Below are positions 17,976 to 26,860 of a stretch of DNA of 64,000 bases, piece after piece. Under the pieces are notes generated by a model. That model was not told where the DNA came from. It saw only the letters and a program-made list of their open reading frames with translations, and did no database searches. How positions within the stretch are numbered: position 1 is the first letter of the stretch; every line of letters starts with the position of its first letter. A program made the position numbers and the translations under genes. Where the stretch lies: sequence record MT682711.1. The stretch is one strand, 5' to 3'. The DNA is from Escherichia phage vB_EcoM_FB.

Positions 17976-18116
17976 TTATTCCTCGCCTTCATGTTTATGA
18001 GCAATTTCTTCGAATTCGCTGTCACAGTCTAAACAGGTTGCGTTGTCCCAAGCATCAAATACTGCCTGGTCTTCACAGACCGAACAACCACATACTACAC
18101 ATTCAAATTCTTCCAT
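17976..18116 (-). CDS. small zinc-ribbon protein
   Basis: 46 aa ORF translated by hand (MEEFECVVCGCSVCED...CLDCD); butt-joined to both neighbours. Confidence 0.45.
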   Translation of the reverse strand: MEEFECVVCGCSVCEDQAVFDAWDNATCLDCDSEFEEIAHKHEGEE

Positions 18117-18311
18117 TTAGATTTCCTCAATACGGGCATCATGTTCATAAACTTCTACGTCGTCGACATACGCCTTAACCAAAATATTATTGACTTCAGC
18201 GAATTGGGTAGTCACCCACACGATATCGTTTTCACGCACTGAAGCTTCTTTGGTAGCGGTATCACCGTTGGCGAAATGGCCGACAAATTTTACTTTAATT
18301 GATTCAGACAT
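18117..18311 (-). CDS. dmd: Dmd antitoxin-like protein (anti-RnlA/LsoA)
   Basis: 64 aa; WVTTQFAEVNNILVKAYVDD resembles T4 Dmd as recalled; sits just downstream of 41 as in T4. Confidence 0.65.
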   Translation of the reverse strand: MSESIKVKFVGHFANGDTATKEASVRENDIVWVTTQFAEVNNILVKAYVDDVEVYEHDARIEEI

Positions 18312-18641
18312 TTAGATTTCCTCACAGAAGGCCCATTCAGCATGATAAACCGTAGCGCCTTTAGTATCATTTAAACAAACCACATCTACCGGAGCAATTA
18401 CACGATAAAGACGAGGTTCTCCTCCCACTGAACGAGCTGCACGTCCAGCATAAATCTTAGCCAAACCGATATCTTCAGTAAAGAACACACGATTTAGGTT
18501 TTTCTTACGACCGGTTTCAGACAGAACTCCTGTTTCCTCAGGAGGACAAAGCATATTACCGATATTAGCGACACTACAACTTCCATGGTAATACACTTTA
18601 TATTCTGCTTTACAGTCGATGGTTTTCATTTTGTTCTCCAA
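18312..18641 (-). CDS. hypothetical protein
   Basis: 109 aa ORF. Confidence 0.55.
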   Translation of the reverse strand: MENKMKTIDCKAEYKVYYHGSCSVANIGNMLCPPEETGVLSETGRKKNLNRVFFTEDIGLAKIYAGRAARSVGGEPRLYRVIAPVDVVCLNDTKGATVYHAEWAFCEEI

Positions 18642-18649
18642 GTTGATAG

Positions 18650-18682
18650 GTCTATAGTATCACGCCTACAGGAGATGTAAAC
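18650..18682 (-). promoter_or_regulatory. early promoter (GTTTAC, TACTAT)
   Basis: gtaaac 18677-18682, atagta 18654-18659. Confidence 0.55.
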
Positions 18683-18690
18683 CCTTAAAA

Positions 18691-18714
18691 ACAAAAAAGG
18701 AGCCGAAGCTCCTT
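18691..18714 (-). terminator. intrinsic terminator (UUCG hairpin plus U tract)
   Basis: aaggagc-cgaa-gctcctt at 18697-18714, A6 on plus at 18693-18698. Confidence 0.7.
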
Positions 18715-20152
18715 AAAATTTGATAGATGCTGCTAAATCGTCCAAATCACTTCTATTAACACGCGTCTGTCGATTGACCTCGGCCTGGCGATTCATCTCA
18801 CCTGTAGCCTCACGAACAGTGTTCACTGGGCCTGGGTTGGAATCATCTTCAACTTCGTACCAACGTTGATTTCCTTTCTTAACGCCAATCTTAAATTTGT
18901 TGTAGTAGCTCTTATCGCCATAACGAGATTTAAGCTGCTTAACCATCTGCATACCCATCTGAGCGAACTCTTCTGTCTCGACCACACCCAACATGAAGTC
19001 TGCAGTATGTGCAATACCAAAGGATTCAGCAATATCGGCCATATCGATTTCGGCTGCAACGTTCGCACCACGAGTAGTCTGGGCTGCAGTCCACAACAGT
19101 AATTTCTTCTCTACTGCAAGTCCACGTAGTTCTTCAGCAACCATCTTAATCAATCCGTAACTGTTTTCAGAGAAAACTTTCGTACGAGACGATGCACAGA
19201 TAGCCAAGTAGTCAACGATAACGACCTGTGGGACAAAGTTTTGTTTGAGCTTGTATTCGTTTAATAATGCACGGAATGTATCGGCATTAGCACCGCCAGT
19301 AGGATACTGTTTAATCTTTAAACGACCTAAAGTAGCAGTTGAACGCCATTTATCCATCTTAGCTTTATATTCAGGCCACGAGACGTGACCATCATCGATA
19401 TCATCCAGCGACACGTCCAGAAGGTTGGCATCGATACGCTTAGCACATACTTCCTCTGCCATCTCCATGGAGATATAAAGAACATCGTAACCAGATTGAA
19501 GATAATCAGCAGCCAATGAACAAAGACCAAGAGACTTACCTACGTTTGTTCCTGCCAACAATACGTTTTCAGTACCAAACTCAGCACCACCCTTGGTAAT
19601 CTTATTCAGAATATTAAGACGGAATGGAACCTTACGTGCTTTATCGGAATAACTTTTGAATCGTTCTTCATAGTCATCCATCCAGTCATGACCTAATTCA
19701 GAATCGAAACAAATCGATAATGCATCACGCATGATATCCGGAATAGCACCAATACCTGGAAGTTTTCTATTTTGTTGCTCAACCGGAAGGTCGGCATTAG
19801 TTTGGATTTCAATGATTTTTGAAGTTGCATTATACATCGCTGCTTTCTGAACGTATTTCTCCGTCTCTTTAACCAACCATTCTTGGTCTTCAGGTCCGGC
19901 ATTCAGTGAACTTAAAAGCTCTTTAGCGCCTTGGTGTTCAACTTCTGAAAGCGTACTGTTATCTAATGCAATGCTCAATGCGTTCTTAGAAGGCACTGCA
20001 TTATATTCATTGACATGTTTTTTAATTTCTTTGAAAAGGGTCTTTGCAGGACCCTGGTCAAAATAAGAATCATTCATATAAGGCCAGACCTTAGTGAAAT
20101 AATCACTATTGCCTAGCAGTTGAGCCAAAATAGTTTCTACCACTTCCACCAC
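18713..20152 (-). CDS. 41: replicative DNA helicase (DnaB family)
   Basis: 479 aa; Walker A GTNVGKS; RecA-like C-terminal domain; T4 position. Confidence 0.85.
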   Translation of the reverse strand: MVEVVETILAQLLGNSDYFTKVWPYMNDSYFDQGPAKTLFKEIKKHVNEYNAVPSKNALSIALDNSTLSEVEHQGAKELLSSLNAGPEDQEWLVKETEKYVQKAAMYNATSKIIEIQTNADLPVEQQNRKLPGIGAIPDIMRDALSICFDSELGHDWMDDYEERFKSYSDKARKVPFRLNILNKITKGGAEFGTENVLLAGTNVGKSLGLCSLAADYLQSGYDVLYISMEMAEEVCAKRIDANLLDVSLDDIDDGHVSWPEYKAKMDKWRSTATLGRLKIKQYPTGGANADTFRALLNEYKLKQNFVPQVVIVDYLAICASSRTKVFSENSYGLIKMVAEELRGLAVEKKLLLWTAAQTTRGANVAAEIDMADIAESFGIAHTADFMLGVVETEEFAQMGMQMVKQLKSRYGDKSYYNKFKIGVKKGNQRWYEVEDDSNPGPVNTVREATGEMNRQAEVNRQTRVNRSDLDDLAASIKF

Positions 20153-20466
20153 CTCTTAGATTTAATTTTATCCAGTTCTTCTTGTATTTGCATTGTAACA
20201 CATTTTTCTACATGAAGCGCCAGCTCTTCTTTTCGGTCTTCGGAAGGTGTTCCGAAATCAACCGACACTTTTCCATCTTTCTCAATAACAATATTCATCA
20301 CATAAACGATGTGAGCAGTGCCATCGGGTAAAGTAAGCATAATTTCCTGCTTAACCGAACCCATTGACTTACGGATTATATCTAACGATTTCTCATAATA
20401 ACGAGGGTCACTAGGACCCTCTTCGGTATCTTTAACAAAATTATCTAAATCAGATAAATCAGTCAT
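20137..20466 (-). CDS. hypothetical protein at the T4 gene 40 position
   Basis: 109 aa ORF between uvsX and 41. Confidence 0.5.
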   Translation of the reverse strand: MTDLSDLDNFVKDTEEGPSDPRYYEKSLDIIRKSMGSVKQEIMLTLPDGTAHIVYVMNIVIEKDGKVSVDFGTPSEDRKEELALHVEKCVTMQIQEELDKIKSKRWWKW

Positions 20467-21631
20467 CTAAATCCATCTCTTCTAAATCGTTTTCGATATC
20501 AGCGGCACTTTGGGTATTGCCACCTAATTTAACAGCAACGTTCTTAGAGACACGAGAGTTAATAAGGTCGTTAACCGCATCGTCCACTTCTTTAATAGAA
20601 TTAATTGCACCAAGCTTATACTTATTCTCGATTGCTTCACGGAACGGGGCATGTTTAAACAGCGGTCCCCAGAACTCAACACAATCAGTAGCTTTAGCAC
20701 GCCATGCTTTTTCTTCTTGAACCATTTCACCCGTGGTTTCGTCAAGGAATGCACGATTATACCAGCCAGCTTTAGGTTTCACGACAAAGCCAATATCAGT
20801 AGCCATTTCAAGCAATCCACTGAATGGATCAATACCACCTTCAAAGTTAACGGTGATAGGGAACGTTGATTTCTCTTTAACCGTACGAGATTTCTCAGCC
20901 TTCAGTGTGAAGTCATAACCAGTGAGCTCAGTACCATCTTTAACCTGACGTTTAGAGATAAAGAACACGGTAGAAGCAGAGTACAGAATACCAGTACCAC
21001 CACCCATAATCTCTTTAGGGTACATTCCACCAATTTCCATAGCAGTGTGGTTAATTGCTACACAAGGGATATCCTTGATGGTCAGATAAGGTGTTACGAT
21101 ACGGAACAGAGATTTCAGTGACTTAGCACGAGTCATATCACCTACAACTTTCTCGTTCAAAGCATCTTCGGTTTCTTTCTTAGAAGCAGTGTTACCAATG
21201 GAGTCGATAAAGATAATAACCTTTTCGCCACGAGTAATTTCTTCTAACTGGTTGGTCATATCAACTTTAAGCTGTTCGACTGACTGGATTGGTGTATGAA
21301 CCACACGTTCCAAATCAACACCCATCGAACGGAAATAAGATTCTGAAGCACCGAACTCAGAGTCATAGAACAAACAAATTGCGTCTGGATATTTCTTCAT
21401 ATATGCCGCAACCATGGTAAGTCCAAACAACGTTTTAAAGTGTTTAGATGGAGCAGCAAAGATTGTCAAACCTGATTGTAAGCCTGCATTCAACGCACCG
21501 CCTAATGCAATATTCAGCATAGGGATACGAGTAGGAACTTCGTCACGACCATTAAACAATTTAGATTTGGTCAGGTCGGCAGTCATTTTAGAAGTAGAAG
21601 CTTTAATCAAACGGGATTTTAAATCAGACAT
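20459..21631 (-). CDS. uvsX: UvsX recombinase (RecA-like)
   Basis: 390 aa; MSDLKSRLIKASTSK N-terminus and overall similarity to T4 UvsX. Confidence 0.9.
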   Translation of the reverse strand: MSDLKSRLIKASTSKMTADLTKSKLFNGRDEVPTRIPMLNIALGGALNAGLQSGLTIFAAPSKHFKTLFGLTMVAAYMKKYPDAICLFYDSEFGASESYFRSMGVDLERVVHTPIQSVEQLKVDMTNQLEEITRGEKVIIFIDSIGNTASKKETEDALNEKVVGDMTRAKSLKSLFRIVTPYLTIKDIPCVAINHTAMEIGGMYPKEIMGGGTGILYSASTVFFISKRQVKDGTELTGYDFTLKAEKSRTVKEKSTFPITVNFEGGIDPFSGLLEMATDIGFVVKPKAGWYNRAFLDETTGEMVQEEKAWRAKATDCVEFWGPLFKHAPFREAIENKYKLGAINSIKEVDDAVNDLINSRVSKNVAVKLGGNTQSAADIENDLEEMDLDD

Positions 21632-21644
21632 TATATTTTTCCAT

Positions 21645-21700
21645 AGGCATCATTATATTTTACTCACGTTTTAAGATAGGGTAATTATATCACTTCACAT
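21645..21700 (-). promoter_or_regulatory. promoter-like region (TATAAT, TACCCTATC leader)
   Basis: gtgaTATAATtaccctatc on minus; -35 imperfect. Confidence 0.3.
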
Positions 21701-21708
21701 TTACAGCG

Positions 21709-22602
21709 TTAAAGGACCACGTCCTCATAACTTGGCATTTCGTGCTCAGAATGGATATGGGCACCGAAATAAATGAATTCAGCCAGACCAGGATGGAATA
21801 CTAAACCGGGATTCTCATGATAAATGATATGTGGTCTTGATTTCAGAATCTGATAATATTCAACCTTACTCGGTTTGAATTTAATAATCTCTACATCAGG
21901 ACGATAGTCTTCGCGCTTAAATGAATCGTTCGGGTCGGTGATGTAAAGACGAGCACCTTCAGCCGCAGCTTGGTCTACAACTCTTTCGAATTGATAGCAT
22001 TTATCTGAGATACGGAACGGATGGAAAATACCATCAATTTTAATAGGCGCTAGACCTTCAGAGTAACGCTCAATTACTGCAGGATTAATTACCTTTTGGT
22101 CTACAAAAATCTTATCAGAGGACGCACCTCGTGACACCAGGACGTCTTTCTGGCATTGATTCAGGACTGTAGTATAAATCGAACGTTCAACTGAAGACAC
22201 GTCGATATCAATGAACTCATCGATATAATAACGAGGAACTTCAGGGTCCATTGTAATGTTAAAGTTGAATTGTACAGTCTGGGTACCATCATAACCTGTG
22301 ATATCGGTTATTAATCCTGAGCAGTCATAGTATTCGATTAACGAATCAACAACGAACTCATTTTCAGACCAAAAATGTTTACGGGTTTCATAAGCATTTT
22401 CTTTATACCAAAGCGGTACAAAATTCAGTTCAGGAAACAATTCAATACATTCTTTGATATCGCTCGAATTTCTAGGATAAGCCAGATAATCACCTGGGCG
22501 AGCACGGTTTAAATGGGGTTGAAAATTACCGTCCTTAAGGACGGCATATTCACCTGTTTCGTAACTACGCATACTGAAAATAGGAACGATAAACAGACTC
22601 AT
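21709..22602 (-). CDS. hypothetical protein at the beta-gt position; candidate DNA sugar transferase
   Basis: 297 aa with no resemblance to T4 beta-glucosyltransferase as recalled; function assigned by position only. Confidence 0.4.
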   Translation of the reverse strand: MSLFIVPIFSMRSYETGEYAVLKDGNFQPHLNRARPGDYLAYPRNSSDIKECIELFPELNFVPLWYKENAYETRKHFWSENEFVVDSLIEYYDCSGLITDITGYDGTQTVQFNFNITMDPEVPRYYIDEFIDIDVSSVERSIYTTVLNQCQKDVLVSRGASSDKIFVDQKVINPAVIERYSEGLAPIKIDGIFHPFRISDKCYQFERVVDQAAAEGARLYITDPNDSFKREDYRPDVEIIKFKPSKVEYYQILKSRPHIIYHENPGLVFHPGLAEFIYFGAHIHSEHEMPSYEDVVL

Positions 22603-23297
22603 TTCAGGAATCCTCGAACGTAGTCAAAATCACGTTCAAACACGTGTGCACTAACCATAGTATGGGAATACGTACCCAGACCAACACCACACTGTTCAGC
22701 AATAAAGGCCATCAGTTTACCCTGCAGATAGAAATCCAGCTGCATAACGATAGCACAGTTCTGTGAACGCATATGAGTGTGTGCATACAGACGTCCATCA
22801 CGAATATAATATGTTACCGAATCGGTACATGGATATTCTAGGGATTCGTCAGAATCAAGGAGGGCTTGGTCTTGTTCTTGGAGAATCTGGAACACAACTC
22901 TTCGCGAGTTAGGCTTTTCTTTAAGCTCTTTAAGTAGGGCTGGGAGTTGGGCCACAATTCGAGGTCCATAGAAAGTGTTGAAGTTTGCAGGCAATACGTC
23001 ACTTTTCGGCTTATCAATGAACTTAGCAACATTAGGGTATTCCTTAAATGCTTCGGCGGCGTCAGTACCACCAGAAATCATAAATTTCCAAAAGGATTCG
23101 GCATAATCATAGTTGATACGATTAATACGAGGGTCGGTGAATTTATAGGTGCTTGCATCCAGTACTTCTACCGAAGCAGAACCAATTTCATAACAACGGC
23201 CGATACGGGAATCAACTGCAAACTGTGGAGCTTCCAGGATTTCTTCGTTCATTTGCTTAAACGCATTTTCAAAACTAACAGCGGTAATGTGTTTCAT
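22599..23297 (-). CDS. 42: dCMP hydroxymethylase (thymidylate synthase family)
   Basis: 232 aa; catalytic-Cys region PCTDSVTYYIRDGRL...HMRSQN resembles the T4 gp42 active-site region as recalled. Confidence 0.7.
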   Translation of the reverse strand: MKHITAVSFENAFKQMNEEILEAPQFAVDSRIGRCYEIGSASVEVLDASTYKFTDPRINRINYDYAESFWKFMISGGTDAAEAFKEYPNVAKFIDKPKSDVLPANFNTFYGPRIVAQLPALLKELKEKPNSRRVVFQILQEQDQALLDSDESLEYPCTDSVTYYIRDGRLYAHTHMRSQNCAIVMQLDFYLQGKLMAFIAEQCGVGLGTYSHTMVSAHVFERDFDYVRGFLK

Positions 23298-23830
23298 TTA
23301 TTCACCTTATTTTCAATATATTCATTCAGTCGTTTTAATTCTACCATATCAACATTAAGCAAATTATTATGGCCGTCGTGATTTAAGATTTTAAACACGT
23401 TTTCAAAACATGTTTCATACTGCCGGATAGTTAGGTTGAACTCATCTTTGGTTAATTTAATAAGGTCATCTTCGAAGTCTTCATCTAATGGATTACGGGT
23501 TAAAATAACCTCAATAATACTGAATTCAGATTTAAACCCTTTCCAATCTTCCAGTTCTACATAAGGGTCCATTTCACCACGAAGGAATCCCGAGTAAACA
23601 ATATTACTTGGATAACCACGGTCAAGGATGTAAACGAAATTAGGGTCTAAAAACTTATATAAGGTTTCGACTAAAGCCTTATCATTATCAGTCCCTATTG
23701 AAATGCACTTACCATTAATCTTTTTAGGAAAATCAATAAGACGATATTTCTTATCAGACAAAAGTGATTCAATTAAAGTAGACTTCCCGGAATTATCCGG
23801 GCCGTCGATAACAATGATTTTTGGTTTCAC
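23294..23830 (-). CDS. P-loop nucleotide kinase-like protein
   Basis: 178 aa; Walker A IDGPDNSGKST near N-terminus. Confidence 0.5.
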   Translation of the reverse strand: MKPKIIVIDGPDNSGKSTLIESLLSDKKYRLIDFPKKINGKCISIGTDNDKALVETLYKFLDPNFVYILDRGYPSNIVYSGFLRGEMDPYVELEDWKGFKSEFSIIEVILTRNPLDEDFEDDLIKLTKDEFNLTIRQYETCFENVFKILNHDGHNNLLNVDMVELKRLNEYIENKVNK

Positions 23831-24201
23831 GGATGATATGCCTTATAGGTTTCAAGAGTTCCTTCACGAACCATTTCTTTAAAGTGGTCAGGACGGATTG
23901 CTCGGTCATCGATGATAAAAGTATAACTCGGCTTATGTGTAAGCAGATTGTGATATTTCAATCCAATCTTTTCAAGGTTCTTAACTAATGCAGGAACTAC
24001 TTCAACCAAGATTCGACCTGGGCCGCATGAAGTCATACCACGGGCAGTGAACAAGGTAATCTCGTACCCTTCATCATAAAGCTTATTAATCATGGACACC
24101 ATTTCGGTGTCCGGTTTAAAGTTTTCGTAATCACGGTCATCTTGCCAGTGAGTAATGGTATTATCGATATCAAAACACAGATGCATTAAATTTTCTTCCA
24201 T
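23827..24201 (-). CDS. HAD-superfamily phosphatase
   Basis: 124 aa; motif I FDIDNT (DxDxT), Thr in FTAR, Lys in HKP, DD in FIIDDRA. Confidence 0.6.
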   Translation of the reverse strand: MEENLMHLCFDIDNTITHWQDDRDYENFKPDTEMVSMINKLYDEGYEITLFTARGMTSCGPGRILVEVVPALVKNLEKIGLKYHNLLTHKPSYTFIIDDRAIRPDHFKEMVREGTLETYKAYHP

Positions 24202-25859
24202 TGTTTGTGGAGTTCGGTAGAACCTGTAGGTTTATATTTTACACCAGTTTCCTGGTCAAGCAAAACCCACTTATCAGGACAACGAGTGATAATTTGAGCC
24301 GTGATAGGGTCACGAACTTCATCGACAAATTCACCTGTAATAAGCTTACGCTTACGAGGATGCCGCTTCAGCAGCACACTCAGTTGGTATAGACCGTTGT
24401 AATAAGCACCTAGAGCTTTCAGAGGATTATTCTTAAAGTAACCTGCCAGTGCCATCCAAATAACGGCAATCCAGAGCTTGTGCTTAAATGTACACATCGG
24501 AATATCATCTAAAGGCATAACCTTTTCAATATCAACGAATACACGAGTTCCGTTACGAGTTAAGCCACCCCATAGAGGGTCAGAGTTAAATTTGTCATAA
24601 CCATCGATAGAATAAAGCACCTTAGCTTCATCATAAATCGCAGGGCCTTTAGAACTATTACCAAAATAACCACGTGGGTCGATGATTTTAATATTACCTT
24701 CGTCCGACAACATAATATTACTGTAGTGCGGGTCGCCATGAATAAGTTGGTACGGTTCTTTATGTTCAGACAGAATTTCTAAGGCGTGACGAAGAAGTTT
24801 TTCTGGGTCGCCTACCTTGAAGTCGTTAACATGGGTAATACCCTGTGGAGCAAAGCCTTCAATCAATCCGGCAATAGAAGCATTACGAATAAGGACCTTG
24901 TCCAATACTTCTTTCTTAACATCAGAATACCATTGCTCATCGGACGGATTATCGATAGTTCCACCGAATGAACGTAATGCACTAATGACCTTATAAACCA
25001 TGAGTACTTTAGTTTCTTTAGACATAAACCGATAGGCATCTGCCATAGTACGACCAAAGATACGTTCCATTTTAATGAATTCACCTGGAGCAAAGTCTAC
25101 AATGCTCGGAACGAATTCAGAATCAATAGAATTATACCAATTGATTTCTTTAGATTGGATTTCTTTACCTAATTCGTTGGTAGGTACTTTAATAGCCAGA
25201 TTCTCAGTGAACTCTAATTTATTAAATTCACGGTTAATTTCGGATTCTTCATGGGCCTTAGCCAGTTTCAATTTGTCACCGACATCAACTACAAAGTCCA
25301 GCTTACGTTCAGTCAAATAGACCATTGAATCCAGGTTATCAGCAAGGTCTTCACCATAATTAGAACGGTCGAAACCTGTCCAATTAGCCACCTGATACAA
25401 GCCAACTACGCCACCACCGGTACCAATTTCACGCAAGTACGGTTCTTCAAATGTAAAACGACAGTCAGTCCCATAGGTATAACAGTAGTCGTTATCCCAC
25501 TCAACTTTATGACCTTCAGGAATAATATCACACCAGTTAAACAAGACATTGTGCCCAATGATATCTTCGGCAATGCAATCGATAGCATGAGCCGAACCAT
25601 TGGCAACATCAACGTTACGAATAGTGAATTTAGGCTTATCACTATTAATCATGTTAATGGATTTAATATAGCCTTTAACGAGGTCGTTAAATTTGCTGTG
25701 AATAACCAGAATAATTTCATCTGATTGATTACTATACAAATCATACAAATGTTTTAATACAGTATGTTGTTTGTAGTTAACCAGTACCTTCGGGATTTCG
25801 TTGGTAATTGGATACAACCGTGAGCCAAGACCCGCGCCTAAAATAACAACCTTTTTCAT
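24186..25859 (-). CDS. bifunctional sugar kinase / sugar-1-phosphate nucleotidyltransferase
   Basis: N-terminal ILGAGLGSRL...PK.L nucleotidyltransferase signature; C-terminal HGDPHYSNIM and IIDPRGY kinase motifs (APH/choline-kinase type); start moved to ATG at 25859 (MKKVVILGAG) with GAGGAA SD. Confidence 0.6.
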   Translation of the reverse strand: MKKVVILGAGLGSRLYPITNEIPKVLVNYKQHTVLKHLYDLYSNQSDEIILVIHSKFNDLVKGYIKSINMINSDKPKFTIRNVDVANGSAHAIDCIAEDIIGHNVLFNWCDIIPEGHKVEWDNDYCYTYGTDCRFTFEEPYLREIGTGGGVVGLYQVANWTGFDRSNYGEDLADNLDSMVYLTERKLDFVVDVGDKLKLAKAHEESEINREFNKLEFTENLAIKVPTNELGKEIQSKEINWYNSIDSEFVPSIVDFAPGEFIKMERIFGRTMADAYRFMSKETKVLMVYKVISALRSFGGTIDNPSDEQWYSDVKKEVLDKVLIRNASIAGLIEGFAPQGITHVNDFKVGDPEKLLRHALEILSEHKEPYQLIHGDPHYSNIMLSDEGNIKIIDPRGYFGNSSKGPAIYDEAKVLYSIDGYDKFNSDPLWGGLTRNGTRVFVDIEKVMPLDDIPMCTFKHKLWIAVIWMALAGYFKNNPLKALGAYYNGLYQLSVLLKRHPRKRKLITGEFVDEVRDPITAQIITRCPDKWVLLDQETGVKYKPTGSTELHKQWKKI

Positions 25860-25919
25860 TATCTGTTCCTCAAGTGAATGTAGGTACATTATACACTATT
25901 TTTAATAAATTGGTATTGC

Positions 25920-26420
25920 TTAAATCTTATCTTTACCGATTTCAATACACTGTTCTATTGCCGCTGGTGCTTTGGTCTTGAGCTTATCGATTTGTTTCTT
26001 ATAATCACGAGCTTTACCGAAGCTCTCGGTTTCGAGCATTTCGTAATAACGAGCCTCGTGGATGGAAATCTGTAGATTGATATGGTTTACGCACATCGCA
26101 TACAGTTTCTGCTTTTTGTACAAATCATCTTGACGCTTCATTTCTGCCTGGTGTTTGGCTAGTACCGCTTCACGCTTGGACTCTTGTTCACGTTGGAATT
26201 CGATTTCTTGTTGAGCATATTTTGCACAGTTATTACCGCATTGATTATTAGCTCGGGTGTACACAAGTCCAGAACCTGCACGGAATTTCATTTCGCCATC
26301 GAATTGTTTCTGTTCAGCTGCGATACGAGCTTTACCAACTTCATCGGCCGAAACTGTATCACCATATTGGACCGCGCAACCTGATAGGAGCATACTCATT
26401 GCGATAATTAACTTTTTCAT
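25920..26420 (-). CDS. putative lipoprotein
   Basis: 166 aa; signal peptide with lipobox LSGC. Confidence 0.55.
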   Translation of the reverse strand: MKKLIIAMSMLLSGCAVQYGDTVSADEVGKARIAAEQKQFDGEMKFRAGSGLVYTRANNQCGNNCAKYAQQEIEFQREQESKREAVLAKHQAEMKRQDDLYKKQKLYAMCVNHINLQISIHEARYYEMLETESFGKARDYKKQIDKLKTKAPAAIEQCIEIGKDKI

Positions 26421-26427
26421 AATATCC

Positions 26428-26565
26428 TCAATTAAAACAGTTATACTTAATTTGTGCTATAAGAATAATCCATCCAATGATGAGTGTCGGAATCATTGGC
26501 GGAATTGCCACTGCCCAATAAATGGTAAAGGCAGTCATTATAAGAAATAAAATAATTATTTTCAT
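26428..26565 (-). CDS. small membrane protein
   Basis: 45 aa hydrophobic ORF translated by hand; ATGA overlap with imm stop. Confidence 0.4.
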   Translation of the reverse strand: MKIIILFLIMTAFTIYWAVAIPPMIPTLIIGWIILIAQIKYNCFN

Positions 26566-26798
26566 TGCTTAACAATAATGATTTGTGCGTTTGATTTACG
26601 TTCAGCGACGATAGCCCAGATTAAAGCCACTACCCAACCAATCATCGTCCAGCCTAACAGGAGATTAAGGAAGAAAATTCCGACATTACTACGAGTGCCT
26701 CGCAGAAGAGCCAGAATCCATGGTAAAAAGTAACCGATGAACATAATAACCAGAGAACCGAATCCTAAAACACCAGCACTAACGATTAAAGCTTCCAT
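26562..26798 (-). CDS. imm: superinfection immunity membrane protein (Imm-like)
   Basis: 78 aa, two TM segments, NLLLGWTMIGWVVALIWA motif; directly downstream of gene 43 as in T4. Confidence 0.55.
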   Translation of the reverse strand: MEALIVSAGVLGFGSLVIMFIGYFLPWILALLRGTRSNVGIFFLNLLLGWTMIGWVVALIWAIVAERKSNAQIIIVKQ

Positions 26799-26824
26799 TG
26801 TAATTTCCTCATGTAGTTGATAGG

Positions 26825-26858
26825 AAGGATACTACCACGTTCCTTGTGGTATGTAAAC
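26825..26858 (-). promoter_or_regulatory. early promoter (GTTTAC, TAGTAT)
   Basis: gtaaac 26853-26858; atacta 26829-26834; CCTATCAAC leader. Confidence 0.5.
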
Positions 26859-26860
26859 AC

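Noticed and set aside
26257-26550. 97 aa plus-strand ORF between imm and the lipoprotein gene
   Set aside because: The minus strand here encodes a better-supported 45 aa membrane ORF coupled to imm; the plus ORF has no start signals.
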